64,000 bases of DNA from Octopus sinensis. Taxonomy: Eukaryota. Location of the stretch: contig NC_042997.1 of assembly GCF_006345805.1 (NCBI RefSeq), positions 42,594,001 through 42,658,000 on the forward strand, written 5' to 3'. Shown piece by piece: positions 1 through 14,300 of the stretch (position 1 is the first letter of the stretch; each line of letters begins with the position of its first letter). Made by a program: the position numbers and the translations under genes. The notes below the pieces were generated by a model, which was not told where the DNA came from, did not search any database, and saw nothing but the letters and a program-made list of their open reading frames with translations.

Positions 1-1357
1 AAAAAATTTGCTTTTCTGCAGTTCCTGTTTCTGATTTCACTTGATGAAAAAAAGGGTATTTTTCCCATTTTGTTATTGTAACAATGAAGGCAATAATGTT
101 GATTTGTATTTTTTCATATTCAAGTAACTATTAAATGTGATTATTTTATATTCATCAGTTCATACAATGACCTTATGAAAACACATAAAACAACCTACAA
201 TGACAACTGCAACAATAAATGACCTAAACATCCACCAGTATGAGGTCCCTTAGAAATGAATAAAAGGTGTTTATATACACAGTCTTCAAGATTCTGCAGC
301 TGTCCGTTCTAGTCTTTCCAGAAATTTCTTGCAGTCCTTTTGTGAACATATTTGTTGGCACACACTATCTTTGTTTCAATCAATTTTGAAATGAAGAAAA
401 AAATTTAGCAAAAGAACTTTATTATTCAGATGGTATTTGGAACAAATTAACATGAGATTTTTACGGAAAGTTTAAATTTAGATCACTTTAGAATGGGAAG
501 TTTGTATCATAGAACAAGTTGTTATCAAAAGGGCTAAATTTTGCTGAATCTTGTTATTTAACACTTGTTTAACTAGATGTCTGTCAACATTATCCTTGCT
601 AGCAAGACTTCTAATTTAATTTTTTCCATTCACCCAATTGATACCATTCAGGATGTCCCCTTCTCTGAGACACTATCCATCCTTGCTACTTTGTATTCAT
701 AGCTATCTCTTTTATAACTTCCATTAGTTTTTTACTGGCCTGGGTCTGGAGAAAAGGAATTGTTCCCATGGCCTTCATAGACCTTCCATAACTATTGAGT
801 TTATATTGTTAACATTCTACCTAACTTGTTGCAAGTTAACAGCTACAGGAAAATATATTTGCTGGGAGGGAATTCTGAAGGAGCAACATTCTTGGGCAGA
901 AAGATTTGGTGGAGTGGCAAATGTGGAGTCCAGAGTAAGAAGTGGACATGAGTGATAAGAAGAGGAGATAAGAGTGAGTTAAAAGTGCTTGAGTGATGGT
1001 GGTACAAAAACTGCCACCTCTGCAGCAGGGGTCACAGGAGTTGTGATAGAAAAGGCAAAGAAAAAAGACAAAATATCTGAGGTTGGAGTTTGAATGTGAA
1101 TTCTTGTTGATCAGTTCAGTGGCCTTTCTTGGAAGTCATCTAAGTTGACTGTAGGTGGAGCAGCAGCAGCAATTTCTCAGATGTGTAGATGTCACCAGAG
1201 TTTTGTAGAGCATTACTTGTTGGAGGCTGAAATATTTTGTGGTCCATTGGAATAAAGTCAATCTTTGCTATGGTTAGGATGTGCATATGCCAAGAGAAAC
1301 CCTCAGTGATAGTGAGGCCAAGCATTTTTTAAAGCAATCATTAGGATTCTTATCTGT

Positions 1358-1544
1358 GCAGGTGGCACGTAAAAAGCACCCACTACACTCGCGAAGTGGT
1401 TGGCGTTAGGAAGGGCATCCAGGGTAGAAACTCTGCCAGATCAGACTGGAGCCTGGAGCAGCCCCTGGCTTCCCAGACCCCGGTCGAACCGTCCAACCTG
1501 TGCTAGCGCGGAAAACGGACATTTAAACGATGATGATGATGATG
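1358..1544 (+). mobile_element. RTE 3'UTR-only copy
   Basis: Matches the terminal ~190 bp of the 12542 element, with a (GAT)n tail. Confidence 0.8.
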
Positions 1545-2342
1545 GTGTTTATGCTTAATGGGTGAAGTAAAATGCAATAATTTTTTTGTTGATATGTGTA
1601 GAGATTATGTTGTTTTGTTGTTTAAGCAAACAAGATTAGCACGACCCCCACTGGGGAATATTTTCAAGGCTTCTGGTCATGAAGTCAAAACTGAATAAGT
1701 GCAATGGGTTTAGGTTGCATATGGATGATGCTTGGTTGGGATCAGAAGATTAGGGAGGAATGAAGGCTAATACCATCTGTATCAAAGAAGGTGCTGCTGG
1801 AGAGGGATGACAAATTGATTATTGAAATATCAGATGAATAGTGTAGGGAACAAAACCAAACTCAGTGGCACACCAAATCGAGAGTGTCAGGGTGAGCGCC
1901 ATCAGCACATTCTATGATATCGTGATTTGGCAGGAAACCACTGGTTACAGAGAAACATAGGAGTCAATAAGTGGGTAGTTTTAGTGAGAGAATTGCATGG
2001 CAGACAATGGTTATGTTTGCCATGTTTTGTGAGTGGAGTGGTGTGTGACACAGGAATTGATCTAAATTTACAAAAGCTATACTGTTGATCAAGGAGGAAA
2101 AACGATTCAAGGGATTGGGTCTGAATAGATCTTGCGATCACTTTTGAAATATTAGAAGTGGATGCAATAGGAAAGTAGTTGACATAGTCAAAGGGTTCCT
2201 CTTCTTGGAAATGGGATGTACTGTAGTATGTTTTCAAAAGCTAGGATATATGCTGATGTCCTTGATGGTTTGAATCAAGTGGTGATACTTTCATATTTAG
2301 CAGGTATATGAGCCTGGTGGGGTGGACAGTTTTGGAAATATA

Positions 2343-3484
2343 TTGGGTCATCCCATAGATAATATAGTTTTTTCAATTACATGAACTAAAAGTCAGAGGG
2401 GGACAGGATAAACTACCTGCATCAACCTGCTATAAAAGCAGGTAGTAATTTTACCTTGTACTTATTCTTAGTGCAAGTTTTAAAGAGTGCAGTTTGATTT
2501 TAACAGTTATTTTTTCAAAGCTATAATGGAAGTGACAAAAGAGCATATTCATCATATTTAGCGTTATGAGTTCAATAAATGCAACAATGCAACAGAAAAT
2601 GCAAGGACTATTAATGCAGTATAAAGGGATCAGATGATAAGCGTAAGCCAGTGTCAACGGTGGTTCTAGAAATTCCAAGTCGGAAACATCCTAGAAGATG
2701 AGCCTTGTCCTGGAAGATCTGTAGAGCTCAATGAGAGCATCCTGCAAACCCTGGTGGAACAAAATCCCATTGTAATTGTTGAGGAACCAGCTGAGAAGCT
2801 TGGATTTGTCCATTCAACCATACCTGTGTGCCATTGAAAAAGTCAACAAATTGGGTCAATGGGTTCCTCACAAACTTTCCGAGTCTAATCTCGCGCAGAG
2901 TGAATGTGCGCTCTTCTTTGCTGTCATGTCTCATGAATGAACCTTTGTTATCTGGTGGGATATGAAAGGTTTAGCCCACTTTGAACTTTTAAGCCCAAAC
3001 CAAATGATAACAAAGGAGATCTACTGTGGGCAGCTTGAGTGGCTTAAGACAGCGCTAGAAGAAAAACGACCATCTTTGGTTTGAAGATGAAAGGTGTTCT
3101 TCCATCAGGATAATGCTTGGCCACATACGGTGAGGATGACATTCCAAAGACTGGAGCAGTCTGAATGGGAAACGATGACCCACCCACCATATTTGCAGGA
3201 CACGGCCCCATTCGATTATCATTTTTTCTGCAGTCTTCAAAATATTTTAGATGGAAACAAATATGAATTCTGTAGACAAGGTCAGAACAGTTACTAGAGT
3301 ATTTTTCATCAAGGACAAGTGAATTTTGGAAGGGAAAGGGGTCTTGCAAGTCTACCAGATAGATGGAAGAGCATTGTGGAATATGAAGTAGAGTATATTT
3401 TAGATTAAAAAAGAACTTTGTTTATCTTAATTTTGAAAAATAAAAGAAGTATAAAAAAACCACATTATTTATGGGATGACCCAA
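2343..3484 (+). mobile_element. Mariner (DD34D) DNA transposon, defective
   Basis: TIRs TTGGGTCATCCCATA..ATAAT / ATTAT..TATGGGATGACCCAA with TA on both sides. Transposase remnants include WVPH and HQDNAWPH...HPPY..D.AP.DYHFF with 34 residues between the last two Asp. Multiple stops and frameshifts. Confidence 0.92.
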
Positions 3485-6400
3485 TACTTGGAATATGCAA
3501 TATGAGCAGATAATGTAGATGTTTTCTCTTGAGAGTACTATTCACAAAATCCCCATCATTGAGAAATGGAGGGAAGAAGGATTGTTCAGAGCTGGTTGAG
3601 ATCCTTTAGGCAAAGAAACAAAAAAGATTGGCTGCAGTTTAAGAGGCAGGACAACCTGAGGGCAGAGTGATGCATAGTAGTTATTCTTTGAAGTTCATAG
3701 GATGATCTCGCAGAAGTTGTGTTGCTGGGCAAGAACTGTTCAATAAAAAGGGTATTTTCTCAGTATTGGAAGTTATGTTTTGGCCCTGAGCTGTTGCAAC
3801 ACATCTATGAAGCAAACCACATGGGCTGTGAGTGTTGTTGTGTTTAAGGATGTGGAGGGGGGCATGTCTAAGAGGATGGTTTCAGTCACCTTAAGTACCA
3901 GTTCCGCACTGGGGTCGATGTAATCGACTTAATACCTATGTCTGTCCTTGTTTGTCTCCTCTATGTTTGGCCCCTTGTGGGTAATAAAGAAATAGGTTTC
4001 AGTCACCTACCCAGTTGTTTCTAATGGTTGAGAGTGAAATACCTATGCTGCTAGAAACAATATAGACCAGTCAACTGAGTTGAGGTGTCACAAGATCCAA
4101 GAAAAGAGGGACTGGCATTATATAAAAGATTTATGCCTGGCCAATACGGTAACGTATTGAAAAGAACTCTTTTCGATCCAATCTTATCAACTCTGAAGAA
4201 TACAAATGTCAGGTAAACTTTGTGATTCACTTCCTTCCCTGTGTTAATCACCCACTTGCACTCAACTCTCAGTTAATTATGCATATACACTCAAATGCTG
4301 AAGACAACACCCAACACATTTCCATATGCATCTTTAACACCTAGAATTAGGAGCCTGAAAATTTATTTTTGCTCATCAGCACTAAATCATTGATACTCCA
4401 CATTTCAAAATTAATATATTTATAATACCACATCCTTCTCTACTCACAAAAACAGAAATAAAAAAAAAACCATCCATCTCTACAAATTCTAGGTCTCAAT
4501 ATTTTCAATTAATCTTCATGGTGACACTACATACCTTGACTACAGAAATTTATAGAAAATGATTCCCTCTTCAGATGTTTCACCTCTAAACAGTTGCTAC
4601 AAAACGAACTCTATACAAGGGCACTACTCTCTCATCTTGGACAGCACAACCGATACACAAATACTGACGTAAAAAATAAAGAAAATGCCACCACATCCAA
4701 ACTAATATATACAACACTTAACAACTACAAGACTACCTTTGAACTGTTGTTCTCTTTCTCTCTCCTTGAACTTTGTAATTTAATGTAAACCCTAATCTAC
4801 ACTGAATTCACCTCTCTTTACTTCATTCCATTTGTTTTATTTTTCACATTTATTCTTCTCCCTCAGAAATGGATTGTTCTGGAATTCTTCATATCTCAAA
4901 AAAGAATCATGAAATAAGTCTGCTTTCTTTAAAAATCAATGTTTGATACAGTTAGAAAAGATTTCACCAGTTTCCTCATCTTTTAACAATTGTTCATCCT
5001 ATCACTTGCGCCATCCAAACTATTGTATATTATTTAGTATAAATTGCAACAAAAAGGTCATTGATAAATCAAAGGCAGTGACTTGGCAAAGTCCTTTAAG
5101 TGTTCGATCGAATGCCCTTTGGTATTTGTTTCAACTTTCTACTCTGAGTTAAAATCCTGCCAAGGTCAACTGTGCCTTTCACCTTTCAGGGTTAAGAGAA
5201 GGAACCAATCCAGAGCAGTGGATTGGCAGAATTGTAGAATGTTTGATGTGATGCTTTGAGGTAGCTGTATTGGCCAAATATGTTCTGATGATAATTCCTG
5301 CAACGACACTAGTGCCAAGTTGTATTGGCCTTTCCCTTGGATGTCACTGGCAGCATGGAGAGTGGAAAGTTGCATGTATAGGAAACTACTTGTCTCACAC
5401 AAAAACACTTTCTGAGACCTGTGCATTTAGTGCAGATACATGGTTAACCCTGACTGACGAAGGCCTGAGACATTGATAGATGACAGACATAATGAGAATT
5501 AGCTAAAGAGTGAAGCTCATTAATTTAAATTTTGCAAATTAATCACTTTGAAAGATGGTAAATTGTTATAGTTGACATGAGAATCAGACAGAAAACCTGG
5601 TGGTGTTTGTTTCAGTCCACAGCATTGTGATTTCAAACACTGACAAAATCTCCTTTGCCTTTCATCCTTTGTAGGGGAAGGCTAATTAAAAAAAAAAAAG
5701 GTACCAATTAAGTACTGGGGTTGATTTCTCTTTCTTTTGAAATTGGCCAAACTGGGCTGTGAGATAGATGAGGACACCATTTTCACAAAAATGTAGAAAG
5801 GTTGAAAGAGAGACTATTAATCTCTTCTCACAGAAAACTGATATTCCACTGAAACTGTCCCCTGGGCAGTATAGCATGAAATGTATTGCTACAGATTGCA
5901 AGTAAGGGATGAAAAAGCAAAAGTTTTCCAAAACCTAAATTAAAATGTGATTTCTATAAATTGAATATTTTACTATTAAGTACAAGGGTAATATTTTTGA
6001 ATACATACATATAATAGCTTCGACAGCTGTTGGACTATGTTGTTGAACTACTAACCATATGGATAAAAATGTAAAAACAGTACAAGAACCGTAACTTTGC
6101 TTGTGCCAGTTGTCTGACAAAATAAAAAATAAAAGATTCCACTCATACTTCATGGTTGAGTCATGAAAACTAGCAAGGGTATCCAGCTGTAAAATCAATT
6201 ACAACAACAACAACAACAAAGCAGATTATTCAGATTAACAGAGAAGTTAATCTAAAACCAGAAAAACAAAACAGAAAGAGAAAAGTGCAAGAATGGTTCA
6301 TTAAATAAAAGTTATTTTATCAATTCAAAAGGAATGAACGGCAAAGTCAAGCTAAGATCAAGTTAGAAAATAGAGGTCAAACTTAAATACCCAAAGACGT

Positions 6401-6868
6401 GTTTATGTGGTCGCTGGATTTACGAAAATAGCAGCTAAATTTCCCTCAACCTGCTCAAAATAAGCGAATAAGTGGACACCAAAAAATGACGATCAAGGGT
6501 CCAATGCCTTGGATCATGTCTCTGATTGATCAGGACTGACTTTGTGCTAATCGAAACTCGACTATTTCAATTTAAGTGTAAATTTTGCCACCCCAAACTG
6601 TGAATATCTTATTTGAAGTTAAAAAATATTTGAAATGTTGCCCTCAAATTGCCCCAAATTGGCTCGGACGGGATAGGACATATGGTGAAAGGCTTCCAAA
6701 CCATTATCATAGCTTTTTTTTTTTTTCCTTCATGATAAAAAAGGAACAATCGCATAACTTGGTTGCTGCAAGGGACATTACTCTTGATAACCTTCTTACG
6801 TTACTTTCTCTACCGTATTTTATCAAATACATTTCGATCATTTGAAGGTGTTTGGGTTATATTTTCGA

Positions 6869-7378
6869 CTAGCAGTATCGCCCGGCGTTGCTCGGGTTTG
6901 TAAGGGAAATAACTATATAAGCATTTTTAGAGAGTTACTTCCCTTATAGATGCCAATTCGGGCTTTCTTAGCCATTTCTGTTTTGGTGTCTTCAAGCCAT
7001 GAAGTCGTTGTTCTAAAAGAACGCTGGTCTCCTTGACAACGCTTTACGACGTTGATTTCCTTACACTCCCTTCCCCACAGCTTCACGAGGAAGGGAAGAA
7101 GGGGGAGAAGCAAACAGGTGCAGGTGTGACCATGGACGCCAACTCCGTCGCCATCGACACACGAAAAAATATGCATTAAAATGGAATAAAAAATGTTAAA
7201 TTATTTTTAAAATCGTAGACTCATCGTAGACGCGTGCTAATAGCCAGACGGGCTCGATATGAATTACGACTATAAGATACCCGAATTTGGTTAAACTGCA
7301 CCGCAAAATGTGGGAGTAGTTAGGAATCTAAATCGAAGGGGACAGACACTCACACAACTACAGTTTTATATATATAGA
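6869..7378 (-). mobile_element. Non-autonomous Helitron, long form
   Basis: 5' TC, 3' CTAG, subterminal hairpin CCCGAGCAACGCCGGG, inserted between A and T. Confidence 0.85.
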
Positions 7379-8148
7379 TAATAACTTTTAATCACATCTT
7401 CTAGATTTTGTCTGAATTATAATCCAGTCTTATACAACAAAAGAACATTTTTTTCGAAAATAATTATGAAGAAAACAACGAAAACGATATTAAACAAATG
7501 TAATTCAAATTATTTATTTTTCTAATACGCCCAGTTGATTAGAGTATTTTAACACCTGGTTGAGAAGCTAGCCGCCTATTTCCTGTGACCTGCATCTAAT
7601 TGCAACTGTGGTCAAGAGACCTAACTCTCAAATGGCGCAGGCTAACTCTCTGAAAATAGGTATCACAGAATAGGAGTAAATTTAACAATGGTGCTGCCAT
7701 GAGTTAACCTTTTTGTTATTATATACCTGTTGAAATACACTGCAAATGTTTTAATTTTCAAAAATGAAGAATTTAGTAAAATAATTGTTATTATTAAGCT
7801 GATATTTAAAACAAACTAACAATAAAATTTTAACGAAAGGTTTTTAATTTGGATCACCTTAAAACAGGTAATTGATATTATTACTACCAGGAAGGTCTCA
7901 TGTAATTTGGTACCAAATGGAGCTAAAAATAGCAGCAACACTGCAAAATAATTTATTAGTTTGCAATATTAAATTCAACTCTTAAATACGTGTGTGGCCA
8001 GTTGAAGAGTCAGACTCCACTGCTGATTTTATCTCGCAGTCAAGAAATTTATAGCCAACTGATGGATGTCACTAACAATGATTCTTTAATATATTCCATG
8101 AGATAAAAATGTTTTCTCCTCTTAATGATTGCAATTAACATATATATT

Positions 8149-8343
8149 CTATCTAATAGCTGCTTGTATATCTTCACGTTTGTGAGTTCCGTCACAGAAA
8201 GGTCGGTCGTCAGTCTGTTTGCAGTTACACAACCAATATTCTTTAGTTGTTTCAACTTTGAAACGAAGTGGAACATATTTTTTCAGATTCCCTTTCTTAA
8301 ATGATGTCCCTTGAAGTGCCTTGTGTGCCCCGTCACAAAATGG
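8149..8343 (-). CDS. CISD3: CISD3 exon 3 (PFCDGAH...WLCNCKQTDDRPFCDGTHKREDIQAAIR*)
   Basis: Acceptor tattcacag|CCA, 64 codons plus TAG. Completes motif 1 and contains motif 2. Not in the supplied ORF track; read manually. Confidence 0.95.
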   Translation of the reverse strand, partial: PFCDGAHKALQGTSFKKGNLKKYVPLRFKVETTKEYWLCNCKQTDDRPFCDGTHKREDIQAAIR

Positions 8344-11300
8344 CTGTGAATACGAAAATAAACAAACATAAAGAATACATATAACAAAAATGTATAACTA
8401 ATGAAGGTACAAAAATATTTAGTTTTAAACATTAAGAAAAATTTAGAAGATTAACATATTGCACAAAAAGTAGAATGTTAGACTAAATATTAACTCATGG
8501 ATGTTTAATATTTTAATGCCTACTTTTCCATGCTTGCACGGATCAGTCGAAATTCCTTGAAACAGTATTCCTATGGTCAGGTGCACTTCTCAAAGCCAAT
8601 CCTCCTCATCATCATCATCATTGTTCGACCGTGGTCGAGACAATGGAATTTACCATGCTATGCCAGACTTCACGGTCCATCATGGTATTACGGAGGTCCT
8701 GTTGCTGGATGCCTGTATCCCTGGATTTTACATCAGGGTAGGAGAGTGTGCGCCCTCTGGTATTGCGAGTAGATGGCTTCCAGAGGAGAAGAGTAGAAAT
8801 TACTTCTTTTTCAGCTCTACAACAATGTCCAGCAAACTGGACTCTCCTACCTTTCACAAGAGATGACACAGGTGGTAGTTTCCTCACCTGTTTCCTAGCA
8901 AGGTAATATTTTTTCCTAATCCAGACATGATTTTACAGGAGATTGCAAACGATGTCATGTGTATAAAAGTGAAGCCTGCTTACAATCATTGTGCCATGTC
9001 AAGACAAAACAGACACACTACAGACTTCTTTTCAGTTTTCATCCTCCAAATTCACTCACAAGGCTTTGGTTGGCCCAGAGTTAAAGAAGACACTTGTCCA
9101 AGATACCACATAGAGGTATGAAATGTGTCCTTTAACTCATCTGGATGATCAGCATCCCTGAATATGTGCTAGTCAAACCACAGTGATCCATCCAACCCAT
9201 GCCAGCATAGAAAGTGGATGTATAACAATGATGATGATGGTGATGATTATTTTGTAAGCATATGGTTCTGGGTTTGATCCATTGTGCAAGTGTCTTCTAC
9301 TACTACTACTACTATTACTTCTTGTGAATGAAATTTTGTAAATAGAATACAATCAAGAAGAACTGATGCCATCTGATGGTGCCCAATAATCGCTGAGTGC
9401 TTCAAACTTCGTGCTTATAAAGCAAACTTCTATGCCACACAGCCATGCTTTCACCATATGTTACACATTACATGGGCATATATTATCACTGTTTAATCCT
9501 GATTGAAGATCAAAGGAGCTTCTATGTCCAAAGGTATGGATAACCTGCAGAGAGATGCAGCCTTTCTCCAGGTTTATTTTCGTATCTAGTAATATGGCCT
9601 TGTTCTTTTTGCTGTGGTCAAAAGCTTTTGCCTTCCCTCATGAACTTCACTGATGGTATTGTTTACCCTGTTGGCTGGACTTTCTACTGTTTCTCGTAGT
9701 CTCCAGTGTCAGCAAGTGTCATGATGACCTTAAGTAGTATCACTGCTATCTTCCTTGGGTAACTGCTGTTTCTTGCAAAACAGACCGCTGATGGTCAATC
9801 TTCTGGATTTGGTTTCACCCAGGAGTGTTCTGGTGAACCTAAAAAGGTCTTTGGAAAACTGGACCCTTTTGTGCTCCCTCTACTTTCTCGATTTCAGAGT
9901 GCTTTCAGGTCTTCTAAGCCAGTGTAGATGTTCCCCCTGCAGGAACTCTTTAGTATTGCTTGTTGAAGACCTTAATTTCTTCCCTCAGGTGATGGATTTT
10001 TCTTTCCCTTCTGCTATGTTGCATAGAAATTTTGTTGATCTATTTGTCCTTAGTTCTGAAGCAACCTCTGGTCAGATTGGATGTAAGAGCATTTACTTTT
10101 GCTCAACACTTCTTGCAAGTGTGGCTTTTAATGTTTTGTTGGGGTCTTAATCCAATTGTTGCCATTCCTCGGAATCATTCATATTGGGCCATTTGATTCA
10201 TTCACTTGCTGAGTGGGCTTGGTTCTCTAGGGTAGTATGAGCTGGGGATTTCCTGAGGGCTGGATGTGACACATGTACTGAGAAATAGTAGTATACCTGT
10301 CTGTAATAACATGAAATTAGTAACCCGATAGTAAGAATTCAAATAAAGTTACCCTGAAAAGGGCTTTAATGCGTTCCCAGAGTATATAGAACATAAGAGG
10401 AAATACTAATAAGGTGTGTATACTAAAATCGTGAAGCATGTTATGTAATAACAAGGCTAATCAGATATGAGATATTAACAATTCAAAGTAAATAACTCTG
10501 AAAAATGCTTTTGTGCATTCCCAGAGAATATTACCCTCAGCAGCACTAGTGTTGGTATATTCGTGAATAAGTCACTAACCAAAATAAGTGGATCTACTGT
10601 TTAGGAAAATACTATTTACTTGTTTAAGAGTTGTACTGGATAAATTGCGAAAATAACTCCAACAGTTCAAATACTAAGAAATAAGCATACTCAATTTGAT
10701 TCCTTCCAAATGATTTAGGAAAATGAATGGGTTATTGCCTTTGGCTGTTAAAATGAAATATATTAGATATATATAAGTATCCCTCCCAGGGCCCTATTAT
10801 TGAATTTTTTCAACAGTCTGAGTATGCCATGAGGTTTCCAGACATGAGTTCTACTCACATGTCAAGTTTCATCAAAATCGATAAAACAATGTAGGAGGAG
10901 TTAGATAACAATGCCACAAACACTGACAGACAGAAATCTCCCAAATATGTGGTAGATAGAATGTAAATTTGAAGATTGGGCTACGGTTTCTAACAGATCA
11001 AGTGAGCAACTATATAAAGTTTCTTTGTTGGTTCAGAAGTGTTCATTGTAAATGCTGTGCTAAATGATGATGATGATAATATTACCTTTAACTCAAACCA
11101 CATGGTTTCAGATTCAGTCTCACTGATTACTACTATAGGTTGGAGGCCAATTAAAGTGTTGTGAATAGATTTGGTGGTACCAAGTTAAAAGCACCCAGCA
11201 CACACTATAAAGTGGTTAGTGTTAGGAAGGGCATCCAACCATAGAAACCAAGCCAAATCAGATGGGAACTTAGTGCTGCTCTCAGGTTTGCCAGCTCTGG

Positions 11301-14300
11301 TCAAACCGTCCAACCCATGCCAGCATGGAAAACAGACATTAAAGAATGACGATGCTGATGAAACTAATAGAAGCCCAGTGTGTGTGTGTAAATCATTATC
11401 GTCATCATTTAACGTCTGTTTTCCATGCTGGCATGGGTTGGAAGGTTTGACAGGAGCTGGCAAGGCTGGAGAGCTGCACTAGGCTCCAATTGTTTTGGTA
11501 TAGTTTCTAAAGCTGGATACCCTTCCTGATGCCAATCACTTTGCAGAGTGTGGACAGGGTGCTTTTTACATATAAAAATAAGTATGGGTGTGTGTCCTCT
11601 TGCCTTGACATTTCATGATGGTTGTAGACGAGTAGCACCATCATACAAGTGCTATCTTTCATTTCCAATCTTCTGTGAAAAACATGTCCTGCCATAAGGA
11701 AATAATACTTTGCAAAGAAACAGGTGAGGGTTTGTGATGAACTGCATCTGACCATAGAAAGCCTGCTTCAATGAGTTCTGACTCATGCAATCATGGCAAA
11801 GTAGACATAAAAACAATGAAGATGACGACTGACAGGAAGAAGAGAAGTGCCTTGATCAAATTTTCCATTAGAAAATGTTCTGTTCATTTATTTTTTTTTT
11901 TACATCAGTTTTTCTTGGCTTGCATGGGTTGAGGTAGCTGTTTTTATAACCAAGCCATACCTGTTCTCAAATAAAAGATTTTTGTGTTCCACTGGTCTTT
12001 GAAAAAAGAATATAAACACTACATCACATTATTTTGCTCCAGGAGTGACAAGTAGCGAAATGTTAAAATTCACACAAACACACACAAATATATCTAACCA
12101 ACTTCTGTTTCCATTCCTCATCAACATTCAACGTCAGTTTTCCATGCTAGCATAGGCTGGATGGCTTGATAGAAACTAGCAAGTCTAGGGTCTGCAGCAG
12201 GTTTTATAGCCTGTTTTGGCATGGTTTCTACGGCAGTATGCACTTCCAAATGCCAACCACATTACAGAGTATATCAAGCACATTTTACATGGCACCAAAA
12301 ATAAGCACTCAGTAAAAATCATGTGGTTACAAAACAAATTCTGTATCCACACAGCCATGCTTGCACCTTACTTCAGTACTCTACTTGATAGCATAAAAGA
12401 TGCACTCCAAATTCAGGACAGGAATAGAAGTTTTAAGGGCATTAAACATGTAATATGGACCCAACAGGCCTGAGGTGACTTTTTGAGCCTTTTTTTGGAG
12501 GGGGAAAGAAGTGTGTCTTATATGCCACCAAATACAGTAATTATCATCATCATCATCGTTTAACGTCCGCTTTCCATGCTAGCATGGGTTGGACGGTTCA
12601 ACTGGGGTCTGGCAAGCCCGAAGGCTGCACCAGGCCAGTCAGATCTGGCAGTGTTTCTACAGCTGGATGCCCTTCCTAACGCCAACCACTCCGAGAGTGT
12701 AGTGGGTGATTTTATGTGCCACCGACACAGGTGCCAGATGAGGCTGGCAGACGGCCACGCTCAGATGGTGTTTTTTATGTGCCACCGACACAGGTGCCAG
12801 ACGAAGCTGGCTGACGGCCACGCTCGGATGGTGTTTTCTTATGTGTCACCGACACAGGTGCCAGACGAGGCTGGCGGACGGCCACGCTCGGATGGTGTTT
12901 GTTACGTGCCCTCAGCACGGAGGCCAGTCGTTGCGGTACTGGCTACGGTCACGTTCGGATGGTTTTCTTATGTGCCACCGGCACTGGTACCACAAGGATA
13001 CAAATTCCATTGATGTTCATCTATTTTGATTTGGTTCGATTTGATTCGATTCGATTCTCACTTGCCTCAACAGGTCTTCACAAGTATCACAAGAAGGAAG
13101 GTGAGACCTAACGTCCGAAGGTCGTGCTTCACCACCTCGTCCCAGGTTTTCCTGGGTCTACCTCTTCCACGGGTTCCCTCAACTGCTAGGGATTGGCACT
13201 TTCTCACACATCTATCTTCATCCATTCTTGCCACATGACCATACCAGCGCAATCGTCTCTCTTGCACACCACAACTGATGCTTCTTAGGTACAACATTTC
13301 TCTCAAGGTACTAACGCTCAAGGTACTACTCTCAAGGTACTACTATCTCAGAAGTATTACTGCCTACAGTGAAAGTACATGGTTTAGTGGTTAGAATGTT
13401 GGGCTTACAATCATGAAGTGGTGAGTTCGATTCCTGGACTGGGCTGTGTGTTGTGTTCTTGAGCAAGACACTTTATTTCATGTTGCTCCAGTTCACTCAG
13501 CTGTAGAAATGTGTTGCAACATCATTTCTACAGTTGTATCAGCCTTTTCCTTTCTCTTGGACATCATTGGCATAGAGAGGGGAGGCTGGTGTGCATGGGC
13601 GACTGCTGGTCTTCCACAAACAGCCTTGTGCCTCGAATGGGAACTGTGTACGTGCAATCCCCACGGTCATTCATGACCAAAGGGGGACTCGGACTTAGTA
13701 TTACCACCACTAACACCACTGCTACTGCTACTACATATAAAAGGGAACTGAAATGAATATCATTTTCTTTGTTTATTCCAAATGGTTAAGAAAAGAACTC
13801 ACCTGTTGCTTGCTGTGCCCACAAGTACAATAAAAATACCACTTGTTAGCTTTTAGTTCCATCCGGAATGGTTTCTTATCATAAATTTTGCCTTTTGGTG
13901 GACCATCTACACTGTATTCATTCAAAAATTTCGGTGCTTCTGGATGAGGACGTATTCTGGTAAGAATTTCTGGTCGCATACACCGAATTTGAATCATCTA
14001 AGAATAATAATACATGCAGAATGAATGAATAATAACAATAAAGACTGATTCAGGCTGTGGGAATTCCACAGGATACATGTCATATTCAACTTTACAATGA
14101 ATTCTAGATGAATATATCTTTAAATATAGATTAATCTAAGGATACATGCATGCAGTGTTATATTAACATATTACAATTCACATTTTTTGTATTAATTTGA
14201 ATGTTAGCCAATTTTCCCACACTTTTGGTATTTGAAGTAAAATGAAATTAAAAAGAATTAATTTTGACTAATTTTGTAAAGGCTTAAACAGTTTCCATCT

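Larger units (their letters stand above)
770..3870 (-). mobile_element. Highly degenerate CR1-type LINE (RT remnants), interrupted by a mariner and a short RTE 3' fragment
   Basis: Remnant peptides NYFPIASTSNISKVI..LLDQQYSFCKFRS (like NYRPIAL..HQYGFR) and LGLTITEGFSWHMHILTIAK. Boundaries are approximate. Confidence 0.55.

Noticed and set aside
4260-4800. Possible Penelope GIY-YIG remnant (also ~14900-15130)
   Set aside because: Resemblance is too weak to support without a database search.
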